From Octopus vulgaris (lineage: Eukaryota), in contig OX597831.1 in NCBI GenBank assembly GCA_951406725.2, forward strand, positions 66,464,001-66,528,000: a stretch of 64,000 bases of DNA, given 5' to 3'. Each line of letters opens with the position of its first letter. Positions within the stretch are counted from its first letter, which is position 1. A model generated the notes under the pieces. It was not told the DNA's origin. It searched no databases and worked only from the letters and a program-made list of their open reading frames with translations. The position numbers and the translations under genes are program-made. Shown in pieces: positions 1-11,740 of this stretch.

Positions 1-246
1 GTTGTTGTTGTCGAAATATTATTATTTTTATTTATGGTTTCTTGATAGTTATTAGTTACGATCGTTATTTGTTATGATATCTATTTATTTAATATGATTT
101 AGTATTATTTTTATAAAGGGATTTAACGTATTACATATAATTTAATTTGAGAATTAGTTTTGTTAGAATATACATTATTTAATAATTAGGTGGTATTTTT
201 ATCACGTAGTATTACATTTAAGTATATTAGTTTTTATATTAATTAA

Positions 247-930
247 TATTTTGGTCAACTATATTACTGAGTGAAATATTAAATCTATAGATACTACATA
301 CATATTAATAATATAGTTAGTTTATATAATGGGTTTGTGCATATTTGAACCATTTCCTGTTTTTGATTCCAGTATTTGTGACTTGTACTAGCATTGGGTA
401 TATTAATTAAGATGCTAAGATCTATTTTCATGCATTTAAAATTCAGTTACATTATTTTAATCAACAAGCTTAGTAACATTGTTTATTTATCAATATTGTT
501 TGAATTTTGTATTATATTGGGTTTGATTGTTGTTATTATTATTATTGTTATTAACTGGATTGGTAGTGGACTGTCAGTTGTAGTTGAATGTCTTATTTGT
601 TCTACCATTTTTGTACCTTTCTTTAATTCATGAGGCTTAGATGTTTTTCGTACTTTTCATTAGTAAATAGTTTTCGCCATTTCCATTGATAATTTATTCT
701 ATTTGTTTACACTAAGTCTTCACGTGCTTAATTTTCATAAACAACACTAAGACCTATTTTTAGTGATATTTTGGTCAACTATATTATTGAGTGATATATG
801 AAATCTATAGATACTACATATATATTAATTATATAGTTAGTTTATACAATAGGTGTGTCAATATTTGAACCATTTCTTGTTTTTGATTCCAGTATTTATG
901 GCTTGTACTAGCATTGTATATATTAATTAA
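247..930. repeat. Diverged ~165-bp direct duplication (247-410 and 766-930) in very AT-rich DNA
   Basis: ATATTTTGGTCAACTATATTA...CTTGTACTAGCATTG..TATATTAATTAA occurs twice. Confidence 0.85.
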
Positions 931-1244
931 TATTAAGGTTTTTAGCATTAATTGCTTAATGGGTATTAGACTTTATCTGGATGTTTATTAAATAAATATA
1001 TTAATTAATAATTTGATTTAATGTACATAGTTTAAAGTGTTGTATTTAGTTTTCACGGGGTGGCGTCATTCGAAACCTAAAACAATGCAAACGCATTGTG
1101 ACCAGTGATGTGTAACAACATCTGATGGTCTGGTCGGTCACGTGATATATATATATATATATATATTTTAAAGAATATATTTATTTTTTAAAAGATTATT
1201 TACGTATATTTATTAATTAATTATTTTATTATTGTAGTTATCTT

Positions 1245-1348
1245 TAACCTGATGAGTGGCTATATTTATAATGAAGTGATTTTATTACTACTACTAATAT
1301 TTTTACTATAATCATTTCTTAAATATAGCCACGAAACACGTGTCGTTA
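1245..1348 (+). ncRNA. Type I hammerhead ribozyme motif with long stem II
   Basis: TAAC-CTGATGA-GTGGCTATATTTA...TAAATATAGCCAC-GAAAC-ACGT-GTC-GTTA; complete core; predicted cleavage after C1344. Confidence 0.85.
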
Positions 1349-2141
1349 TTCTACCAAATATTTACGTTTTATTTATTATTTTGCACATTATTTAATCATC
1401 ATTATATTTTTTATCATATATTTAATCTTTCTATTATATGTAATTTTCTAGATGGTGTAATTTAATTTTGAATTGATAAAAGGTGTTTTTCTAATTTATA
1501 TATATATATACATCATACTTGAGGGGATCCAGCAAGCTAGATGGAATTGTAGCTGTGACTGATGCCAGTACTGCCTGACTTGCCCCATGCCAGTGGCATA
1601 TAAAAAGCACCTACTACATTCTCAGAGTGGTTGGTGTCAGGAAGGGTATCCAATTGTAGAAACCTTGCCAGATTGGACTGGAGCCTGGCGCAGTCTCCTG
1701 GCTTGCCAGTCCTCAGTCAAACCATCCAACCCACGGAAAGAGGAGGTTAAACAATGATGATATGTACACACATACATACATATCTATACATGCATACATA
1801 TATATATTAATATAAATCTTTAGTTAAATATATTCAATGAGAATATTATATACTGAATTTATAATGAGTGCTCAATTGTATCAAAGTATTAATACTATTA
1901 AAGTATTTATATATTTAATATGAGCGATATATACATATATATTTTTTAATAATATATTATTATTATTAATATAAGGAAACCAATACTAAAACTCCTCATA
2001 AAGATATACCCATGCAAAAATAGTTGTATTAAAAATCCATAAATAAATAAATATAAATATATATAAAAATACATGCAAATATGTATAAGTATAAACACAA
2101 TGTATAAATATATATGAGACATTAAAAGTTATGAATTAAGC

Positions 2142-2231
2142 ATCTTACGATCGTTTCACAGAAGAGTTGTCCCTATAATGAAATCCTATCTTGATAAGCA
2201 TTTATAGACAATGCTTCTGCTCTTCAGAGAT
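2142..2231 (-). ncRNA. Type I hammerhead ribozyme motif in the 3' region of a Penelope-like element
   Basis: Minus strand ATCT-CTGAAGA-GCAGAAG...CTTCTGT-GAAAC-GATC-GTA-AGAT; same strand as the upstream RT/GIY-YIG remnant. Confidence 0.8.
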
Positions 2232-2719
2232 ATAAAATATGAATTTTATAAAACATATCGAATGATAGTTTTTTTCTTTTAAATTTGAAGTAAAACTGTA
2301 AAATGGTGTTTGTTTGAAATATAAATTAAAATTTAAGAATTACTACTTTTGATGAGAGTCTTTAAATCCATATATACTTCCTTGGTTATTCTTCTGCAAT
2401 AATCCATAATATTCATACGTAAAATCCATTATATTATCTTGTATTCCAAATATAGTTCATACAGTTAGTTTAGAAATGTGAAATTTATATATACTTTGGT
2501 ATGAGAATCTTGAAATTCATATGTCTTCTTAGTAATTCCTCTGTAGCCATCATAATACTTTTGTATAAAATTCATTATATTATCTGGTAATCCAAATATA
2601 GTTCATAATACAAAATCAAATTATATTTTAAATTATATTTGAAGTTATGTAGTTATAAACTGGTCAAAAACTTTCTTTTATATTTTTATTTTTATAATAG
2701 GAAGGCACCTTCCAATCTA

Positions 2720-3890
2720 CTACGTATATTTCCTATTTAGTACTGGGGACATTTCATTCATGAGGACATACTCCTGTATTTGTCTGAGTATTGGGTCCTT
2801 TGGGTGCTTGTATAAAATGCGGATGTTAAGTTGACCAAAGTTGCCTCTATGTTGGTCCTTGGCATGTTGGCAGAGTATGGAGGACTGTTTTTTGTCATTA
2901 TATTGTCTCAAATGTTCATTTAATCGTTCCGCAATGCTCCTAGATGTCTCCCCTATGTATGTAATGTTCTTGTCTTCACAAGCACCTTCTATGCATCTTA
3001 TGCTAATAAAAACTACATTTTTAGTTCTACAGTTAATGCCAAAGCTAATCCTATGTCCCATGCAGTTATCATTGGTGCATATGGTATTCTCAAAGAGGTA
3101 CGTCCTACATAGTTGTGATCTGATGGAGTTCTCTGGCTTTTCAACAATCTTAATGTTGAGTTTGGTCTCCTTCAGAGCTTTCCTAAATCTACAAGATAGT
3201 TCTCCATGGGCTGTGGCCTCTACAAACATCACTCCTTGATATTTGTCAGTTCTGTACCATGTGTTCACTCTGCTTGCATTGTCACAAGCTCTTTGTATTC
3301 TATTCCATTCTTTGTTTCTATATCTAGAGCAGGTACCACTGGTATCATTTCATATAATGTTATCTAACTTCTTTCTAGCACTCCTGTATACTCGAACCCT
3401 ATCTTTTTGATCATATCCAGAGAATTGTATGCAGTGCATGAAGTTCTGTAAATGTTTCTTTGTTTCATAGGGTTTGCATAGCGGGGACATGTTGTTCATT
3501 ATCCTAAGTATGTTAATTTTCATGTTGTGTGACAAAGCTGAGTTCTTGTGAACAACATATTTCAAAGCTATGGGTTTCATGTAATAGGAGTGGACTCTGT
3601 TCACAGTCTCTAATCAATGTTCAGTATCAAGGACAGGGAGTCTATTGTTGGGGTGCCTAGTGGGGTAATCTATACTAGTGTTGGTCTTAACTATGATATT
3701 AATGTCATCTACATACTCACTGTAGTGTAGAAGAGTTGTAGATTGTTCTGCTAAGGATAGTTTAAGATTCCTGTCCCACCAGGTCATGAAGAGGCTAGCT
3801 ATATCTCCAGCTACACTGACACTGATGGCTGCACCTTGAACCTGCATGTATAGTTTCTTGTTAAACTTTACTATTTGGTTCTTCAAGGTG
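2720..3890 (-). mobile_element. Penelope-like retroelement remnant (RT + GIY-YIG endonuclease), frameshifted and 5'-truncated
   Basis: ORF pieces carry QVQGA..SV and YVDD RT motifs, then TYIGETSRSIAERLNEH and PVLNR (GIY-YIG). The non-coding 3' part probably runs to about 1810. Confidence 0.88.
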
Positions 3891-4118
3891 GTTCTTGCAC
3901 TGGCCCCTATTGCATGTGCAATCATGGTTGACATTAGGAAGGGCATCCAGCCATAGAAACCATGCCAAATCAGACAGGAGTCTGGTACAGCCTTCCAGCT
4001 TACCAGCCCTGGTCAGACAGTCTAGCCTATGCCAGCATGGACAACGGATTTTACATGAGGATGATGATGATGATGACTGACTGACTGACTGACATACATA
4101 TGCGCACACACACACATA

Positions 4119-4339
4119 CTATTTCTTTACTGCACACAGAGAGGACAAACAAGGACAGACAAACGGATTAAGTCGATTACATCGACCCCAGTGCGTAACT
4201 GGTACTTATTTAATCGACCCCCGAAAGGATGAAAGGCAAAGTCGACCTTGGCAGAACTTGAACCCAGATCGTAACAGCAGACGAAATACGGCTACGCATT
4301 TCACCCTGCATGCTAACGGTTCTGCCAGCTCGCTGCCTT
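4119..4339 (-). mobile_element. tRNA-derived CORE-type SINE (family B)
   Basis: Matches the family GGCGAGCTGGCAGAA..GAGTTCAAATTCC..GCCTTTCATCCTTTCGGGGTCGAT. Other copies at about 8490-8602(+), 12752-12940(+), 13076-13272(+), 25487-25713(-) and 47697-47928(-). Confidence 0.85.
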
Positions 4340-4560
4340 ACACACACACATACATGCACGCAATTCTTTTACTATTGATTTATCTTGAAGTGTTGCTGTT
4401 ATTTATGCCTCATATATCACAGAGTTTACCATACATGTCTGGTCAAGTGGGCAAGCTTCAGAGTCTTGACAGTTACAACTTGGAGTGGCCTCTTAGTGAT
4501 TTTTATGAGTTAAAATGTTCTTCATATTGGGGCACAAGCAGTATGATATTTTAATTAATT

Positions 4561-4594
<34 letters not shown>

Positions 4595-4596
<2 letters not shown>

Positions 4597-4862
4597 CCTT
4601 GCCTGGCCTCCGTGCTGGTGGCACATAAAAAGCACCATCCGACCGTGGCCGTTTGCCAGCCCTGTCTCGCACCTGTGCCAGTGGCACATAAAAAGCACCC
4701 ACTACATTCATGGAGTGGTTGGTGTTAGGAAGGGCATCCAGCCGTAGAAACATTACCAGATCAGACTGGGCCTGGTGCAGCCTTCTGGCTTCCCAGACCC
4801 CAATTGAACCGTCCAACCCATGCTAGCATGGAAAGCGGGCGCTAAATGATGATGATGATGAT
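4595..4862 (+). mobile_element. 5'-truncated RTE 3' end with (GAT)n tail, next to (TA)n
   Basis: Same sequence as the 3' UTR of the full-length RTE at 48649-48920. Similar pieces at about 1540-1762, 3920-4078, 15808-15990, 22040-22326, 24673-24913, 42690-42990, 45397-45663, 55150-55300, 62538-62700 and 63471-63740. Confidence 0.85.
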
Positions 4863-5570
4863 ATCATCATCATTTTTATGTTCATTTTTCCATTTCTGCA
4901 TGGAAAAGATGTAATTCACTGAGGCAGTTTTTCTATGGTCAGATGCTCTTCGTATAAGCTGGAAACAGATAAGAATTGTGTCACTAAACCTTACCTGTTT
5001 TCAAGCAAAATAATAGTTCTCCTAGTCGTTGCAACAGGAACAGGAAAATGGTTGGCTATGTTTACACAGAAGAATGCAAATGAACAACACTGCATGTGAC
5101 ACGATGCAGCATGCACTGTTAAAACAAGGGGACACAAATACACGCACACACTTATGATAGGCTTCTTTCAGTTTCTGTCTGCCAAATGCACTCACAAGAC
5201 TTTGGTTGGCCTGGTGCTATAGGAGGTATGTTTGGAAATGCACATGACTGTTGATATTCCACACTTGTCACTGAGTAAAGTAGTAGTGATTATGACTGGT
5301 CAATCTGTGCGTTTGCAGATCATTAGAATATAAATTTTTTTACTCAAAAACAAGCAAATATTGGTGGCAGGAAGAACAATTGTCCATATAATCTTGCCTC
5401 AAATCTATGTTAAACCTGGAAAAATGGGCACTAAATTAACAAATATGCATGTCTGTGTGTAAAAACAGGGAAGAATATTCAATCACAATTTACAATAAAG
5501 AATATATTTATTGCAATAATAAATCTCTGAACGAGATGTAAACAGTAACTGCTCGACAACGTAAAGTATA

Positions 5571-5795
5571 CTAGCCATCTCAATATGGCTAACCACTAAG
5601 GGTGGATGTTACTGTAGCTTTTAGCCCCAGGAGAACAGCGTCTCCAGCTGGCTTTAGGCACAGAAAGTGTGACCTCCCTTTGCAAATATCATAAGGGCAC
5701 AGAAAGTGGGCCTAAAGCCAGCTGGAGACGATGATCTGGGGCTAAAAGCTACAGTAACACCCACCCTTAGTGGTTAGCCATATTGAGATGGCTCG
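5571..5795. mobile_element. Fold-back MITE-like element with ~90-bp inverted arms, flanked by TATA
   Basis: AGCCATCTCAATATGGCTAACCACTAAGGGTGG...CCACCCTTAGTGGTTAGCCATATTGAGATGGCT. Confidence 0.75.
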
Positions 5796-5912
5796 TATAC
5801 TATAATATATTTATTGTTGTATTTCAAATGAAGTCGCACAGTATAGTTGCATTAATTATCTCACAAAATAATATAGAAATACAAAGAATATTAAAACTAA
5901 ATTCAAACTTAC

Positions 5913-6017
5913 AGTAAGCTGATGCATTTGTACTTTCAGTAACTCCTGCCTTGCATCTTCACAATTTATATCTAATTGTATCACTTGTAGAAATGCTTCT
6001 TCAGCTTTGGAATATTG
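5913..6017 (-). CDS. TTC31: TTC31-like exon, TPR3B and capping helix (QYSKAEEAFLQVIQLDINCEDARQELLKVQMHQLT)
   Basis: ttgtag acceptor, GTAAGT donor; 105 nt, phase 0-0. No further exon was recognised in 1-5900, so the gene probably continues past the window start. Confidence 0.9.
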
Positions 6018-6115
6018 CTACAATAATATAATATATCAGAATTCTAAAACACTTGACATATATTATTTCAGCAAACAATATACGTTAGCAAACAGAGTTT
6101 TGTTATATTCAATTT

Positions 6116-6530
6116 ATTTTTTTTGCAATTCAATTTTTATTGGCTCAAAAAGCAAAAGCAAGGCCATGTAGGGAGACAGGGGGTTATGTACAGGGAGGGT
6201 GTTCATGCAAAGAGTTCAGGCCATTTCTGGTCAAGAGAGACTTGAACCAAGCTGGCGTCGGCATCTTCACTATCTCGTCCAGCAGCTTATTCCACGGATC
6301 CGCAACCCGGTCGGAGAAAGCCCCTCTCCTTCGTTCGAGATGAAATCGTCGTAGATAGAGCTTTTAGGAGTGACCCCGCGGCCCACGCTCTGGAGCAGGA
6401 GTGAAGAACAGCTGTTTCGAGAGGTTACACTTTCCGCTTATGATGTTGTGAGCAAGAATGAGATCAGCATGGTGGTGGCGTTTTTCGAGAGAATAAAGGT
6501 CGAGCGTCTTCAGCCTTTCTTCATAAGACA
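6116..6530 (-). mobile_element. CR1-type LINE 3' fragment
   Basis: YEERLKTLDLYSLEKR..ADLI C-terminal motif; near-identical to 41640-42080 and 53660-53875. Confidence 0.85.
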
Positions 6531-7079
6531 AAATATCCTCTATGATATTTATAAAGGTGGTACTCATGACAAAAGAGTTGATAAAAAGGAGCACATAGCA
6601 AGTTACAACAGATGTGTTTATGGATAACATATGTATTAACAGATATATCAAAACATATCAATATATTACAGTACACTACTATCAATTCTAATGACTATAA
6701 TTACCGATGTATCTTAATCTCTCTACTCTTGCTCTCTCTCATACTCTTTAATTCTATTTAATACTTTGTCTTATTTATCACTTATACCAAATATTTCTCA
6801 TTTGCAGACACTTGTTTGATTTTATTTCTCGTTTAGTATTTTACCCAAATCTGTAATTTCCAGAATCCTACAAGCTCTTTTATTCTTTCAGAGAAAGACT
6901 TTGAATTCTTAACCAGAAAACAGGAGCTCTATGGTGCCCACGTCTATGTTAACTGACCTATACACATGCTTTCACACACAATATACTGCACATACATACA
7001 CGTATTTAATATTTAATCTTTTTTTTAGTTTTATTATTTCTGACATTTAGTTATTATTTTGATCCAGCAGAGTATTTTC

Positions 7080-8010
7080 TCTATCTGCAGCTCCATCCAT
7101 GCACATCTCACATTTAGATATAACTGCCACATTAGTTAATAACCCTCCCAAACTACTACATTTCTGATGAGTCCATCCAGCATGTATTGTATATTTCAAA
7201 GAATTTACTCCAACTTTTCTGCACACTGTAGATAACCACTTCCTAGTTTTTATTGTTTCTTTTTTCCTGTCCATATTCGCACATGCTTTACTACTTGTCA
7301 TTACCACTTTCTTCTTTGTGAATATCTTATCTTTCACCTTATACATTCCTTATTCATCTCCTTCAATCCATCAGACTCTGTTATAAACGCTGTCATAACC
7401 CATGACAAACTTTTCTTTATACTTCTAGCCAGTACCTCTATCACAAAAAATAATGGGCTTAACCCTTTCGTTACTGTATTTATTTTGAGATGCTGTGTTT
7501 CTTTCAATTACTTTAAATATAACAAAGAATTTAGTAAAATAACTTGGTTATCATTAAGCTAGTGTTACAAACATAAATTGTGACTAAGGCTTGGTGGAAG
7601 ATTTTAATTCAAAACATGAAAATAAGACATTTGAACTCAGAGCCAGAGCTGGTTTCAGCCGGGTTGGTAAAGAAAGGGTTACTAACTTAATTCATTCTAA
7701 CCTTCACTCTAAACTTAATGCAGTTCTCATCCTTTGTTCTTATGATTGTGTGTTACTTCCAAACATGAACATTATCACCAATTCTCCTAACTTTCCCAAT
7801 GCACATGTTATCACTTCACATAGAACCCTGTCAAAAGCGTTTTCCCAAGTAACAAACTCAAAAAGCAATTTCTTCCTCCTGCCTCTATACTTTTCAAACC
7901 ACCTTACAATAAAAATAGCATCAGTTGTTCCTCTTCCCAGCCTAAATCTAAACGACATTTCATCAATTTTTAATCTCTTCCTTATTCTCTTCTCTTCTCT
8001 AACACTCATT
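7080..8010 (-). mobile_element. Decayed RTE RT fragment split by a TTAA MITE
   Basis: GRGTTDAIFIVR..AFDRV and the Cys-rich finger VCRKVGVNSL..WTHQKC. Confidence 0.75.
7463..7678. mobile_element. piggyBac-type MITE
   Basis: TTAA|CCCTTTC...GAAAGGG|TTAC. A second copy at 10499-10725 has TTAA on both sides; a partial copy lies at about 24490-24660. Confidence 0.8.
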
Positions 8011-8754
8011 TCAATATCTTCATTCCATGCTCACAGTCTAGGGGGATTACGTTTCTCCTTATACGTCAGGTGAGGAAAAGGGTTGGCATCAGGAAAAATA
8101 TTGATTCACAAAACACTAGCTTTGCAAAAGATAAACAGTGTTAACTGGGTGATAGCTTAAGTCTGCCACCCAAGAACCGGTATAGTTGGTTTCAGCACAG
8201 TTTCCATGTACCCAGTTTCATTCACAATTTAGACAGAAACAAGGCTATAACAAAAGATATCTGCCTAAATCACCACTCAACAGGATTAAATGAAGAACCA
8301 ACATGATTGCAAACCCAACACCTTATCTGCAAACATTCCTGCATCGATGGAGATGACCTTGTCAGAGAAATGTTATGAAACATTAAGTTAAGAATGTAAC
8401 TCTTGATGTAAATACAAGCTTGCAGGTAATGCAATGAAATGCAGGATGAACAGATTCTATACTGAAGATCCTTTTTTGCTTCATGGTATACGAGTTGGCA
8501 GAATCGTTAGCACGCCGGGCAAAATGCTTAGCAGTATTTTGTCTGCCGCTACATTGTGAGTTCAAATTCCGCCGAGGTCGACTTTGCCTTTCATCCTTTC
8601 GGTATAGGTGTGCTTTTTATATGAAGATTCAGATTTGTATCATCTTTAACAACTCTCATGTGAGTGCTTGTCAAACATGCATGCACACACACACACAGAC
8701 ACACACACACAATTATGCACTCACCATAAAGGTGAAACAAGAAATAATGCTCAC

Positions 8755-8845
8755 TTTTTGTCCAGCCAAAGCTCGACCCTTTCTAAAGAATCCCTTTGGC
8801 CAGTTTGAAGATATTGATATGGACTTTTCAGCATCTTTTAAGGCT
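8755..8845 (-). CDS. TTC31: TTC31-like exon, TPR2B/TPR3A (ALKDAEKSISISSNWPKGFFRKGRALAGQK)
   Basis: ttctag acceptor, GTGAGC donor; 91 nt, phase 2-0; WPKG-x-FRKG-x-AL motif. Confidence 0.93.
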
Positions 8846-8912
8846 CTAGAAATTTAAAAAAAAAAAGCATTAGAAAATAATAAGATAAAATAGATGAAAG
8901 GAAAAACTATCT

Positions 8913-8943
8913 GGGTCTTTTCGGTTTCAAACCAAAAAGATCC
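8913..8943. mobile_element. 31-bp ends-only derivative of the 8-bp-TSD MITE
   Basis: GGGTCTTTTCGGTTT-CAAACCAAAAAGATCC between AACTATCT and AAATATCT. Confidence 0.75.
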
Positions 8944-9469
8944 AAATATCTTAGCCGTACTGTTATCATTCATTAACAGTTGTTTCATATAATAGTATTT
9001 GTTACCTGATAGAATCTAAAATATTTTCAGAAACTTTTCTAACATTCCAAAATAATTATCATTATTTTATGTCCATTTTCCACTGCTTGCATGGTTGGAT
9101 TAATTTCTACAGCACAGACTCACCATTTGTTGCAGTTCATTGATAATGCTTCTACAAGGTTCAGCCTCTAGATATCAGCCTTCACAATTTCATTTTGTGT
9201 CTTCCTTGATCTTTCTCTTCCACAAGTTCCTTCAATTTAGACTGCTAGGCACTTCTTTACTCAAACCACCAGTCATCCCTCATGCAATCACACATCTTGA
9301 GATTCATTTTATAGCAAGTTTTTTCTTAGCTCATTTGTGCTGCATTGTATATACACACTAAAATTATACATCTAGCAATACATACCTTTACAAGTCCTCT
9401 ACATTCAACGTCCATGCTTAATACTTCTTTGAACCTATATCTGGCTGGGGGATTTATTGAAGTAAGCTA

Positions 9470-9945
9470 TGCGTGAGAAGACCCGGCAGGACAAGTGAGA
9501 CCAAAACCCATGGCCTCTACCTGGGATGTAGCCAGTCCACTTATGCATATCTTTCCTTTTTGGAAGGCAAGTGAAAATCAAAATCAAAATCGATCAACAT
9601 CAATGGAAAGTGCAGCTGTGATACCAGTGCCGGTGGTACGTAAGAAAACCATCCGAACGTGGCCGTTGCCAGCACCACCCCGACTGGCCTCGTGCCGGTG
9701 GCACGTAAAAAGCACCATCCGATCGTGGCCATTTGGTAGCCTCGCCTGGCCCCCGAACTGGTGGCACGTAAAAAGCACCATCTGATCGTGGCCATTTGCC
9801 AGCCTCGCCTGACCCCCGTGCCGGTGGCATGTAAAAAGCACCATCCGATCGTGGCCATTTGCCAGCCTCGTCTGGCACCTGTGCCGGTGGCACGTAAAAA
9901 GCACCCACTACACTCACGGAGTGGTTGGCATTAGGAAAAGCATCC
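9470..9945 (+). mobile_element. RTE 3' UTR fragment with 5 tandem ~60-bp units
   Basis: Repeated GTGCCGGTGGCACGTAAAAAGCACC; the upstream part matches the ORF end/UTR of the RTE at 27930-27970. Confidence 0.8.
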
Positions 9946-11328
9946 CTGGGACTTATTTTTTTGTAAGCCCAGTACTTATTCTATCGGTCTCTTTTGCCAA
10001 ACCGCTAAGTTACGGGGACATAAACACACCAGCATTGGTTGTCAAGCAATGCTAGGGGGACAAACACAAACACGCATATATATATATATTTACATATATA
10101 CGACGGGATTCTTTCAGTTTCCGTCTACCAAATCCACTCACAAGGCTTTGGTCGGCCCAAGGCTATAGTAGAAGACACTTGCCCAAGGTATCACACAGTG
10201 GGACTAAACCCGGAACAATGTGGTTGATAAACAAGCTACTTACCACACAGCCACTCCTGCACCTATGTAATTTTCAAGTATCAGGTCAGCATTAATTAAA
10301 CCTTATTAAACATTACTTTATTATGAATTAGATAAGGTAGAAGTGAATTGGCAGTTAGAGTATTGAATAGAATAGAATTGTTACAGTATTGAATAGAATA
10401 CCTTGTGGTATTTGTTCCAACTCTGTACATTTGGAGTTCAAATCCTGCTGAGGCCAACTTTGAATTTCATCCTTATAGAGTCAGTAAAAAACTATTAACC
10501 CTTTCATTACTGTATTTCTATTGAGATGCTCTGTGTTTCTTTCAATTACTTTAAATATAACAAAGAGTTTAGTAAAATAATTTAGTTATCATTCAACTAG
10601 TGTTAGGAATGTAAATTGTGGCTAAGGTTTGGTGGAAGATTTTAATTCAAAACTTATGAAAACAACACGTTTGTACTCAGAGCCAGTTTGTACTCAGAGT
10701 TTCAGCCGGGTTGGTATCAAAAGGGTTAATCAAGGTCCATGGATTAATGAGACTGTCAAAGCTTCAGACAATATGCTTACAGCATTACCTGAGACAACAG
10801 CAGTGCCAAGTTGTATCAGCTGTAAAACAGTGGCCTTTCTGTTGGACAACATTGGTGACACAGAGAGAGGAAACTTGAGTGCATGGCAACTGCAAGTCTT
10901 CCATAAAAATAAACCTTCCCTAGGCCTGTGCATACAGATACAGAAGCTTCTTGAGGTAGAATGAAAGTATTCCAACTATGATTATCCCCACTTTTTTATG
11001 GAACCAGAGCTTTTCTTTTTAAAATTTTCCGTCTATAATTAGTAATGAAAATGAAAGCATTTTAAGTGTAACTATACTGTATTTTAACAGAATCAGAGGT
11101 TTTACTTTCAAATTTTCCAACTTCATCTGATTTTTATGGAGTCAGATATTTATCAAAACAACAGCAAGGAAGTATACCAGCCATGACCAACCTGTCTTTT
11201 TCAAAGGTAGATAGGGGGAAGACAGATAAAGAGTTAATCAGACATAAAAATGGAAGAAAACTGTATCATTACTATAAGAAAGAAGCGAAAAGTATCACAG
11301 AAATAGTGTCATAATCAGTAGAAAATGC

Positions 11329-11740
11329 GGATCTTTTCTGTTTGAACAGCAGTTTTTAACATAATTTCTAGGTAACTAAAAAATTTTAAACTTCATATAC
11401 TGGTAAAATGTGTTTATAAAACATCTTTTTCTCTTGGCTTTATTGAGAAAATTCTAGTTTGTAAGATATTTGTTGTTTTTTTCTTAAATTTCTGCAATTT
11501 CAACCAATCAATGACGTCTATTGAGGTAAAACAAAAACATTCTGTGCCGTATGAATATGTCCCTCGTTTAAGAAACAGATTGGGTTTATTTACATTTGTG
11601 AAGAAAAAAGATACCCTTCCCCCCCACCCCTAACCCTAAAAGAGATTGAAATGCAATAAATCGATACTAGGGTCATAATTATGGGTGACAATTTCATATG
11701 ACACCGCTAGAAAAAACTGCAGTTCAAACCAAAAAGATAC
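11329..11740 (-). mobile_element. ~410-bp MITE with 28-bp TIR, 8-bp TSD and internal TTAGGG (Merlin-like by TSD and GG termini)
   Basis: TIR consensus GGATCTTTTCGGTTTGAACGGCAGTTTT; flanks GAAAATGC/AAAAATGC. Strand is relative to the other copies. Confidence 0.85.

Noticed and set aside
394-633. 79-aa hydrophobic ORF
   Set aside because: A by-product of T-rich low-complexity sequence, with a non-ATG start and no motif.
9700-9905. HDV-like ribozyme in the 60-nt RTE unit (GCCAGCCTCGCCTGGC resembles HDV P3/L3)
   Set aside because: P1, P2 and P1.1 of the nested double pseudoknot could not be built by eye; it reads as simple hairpins.
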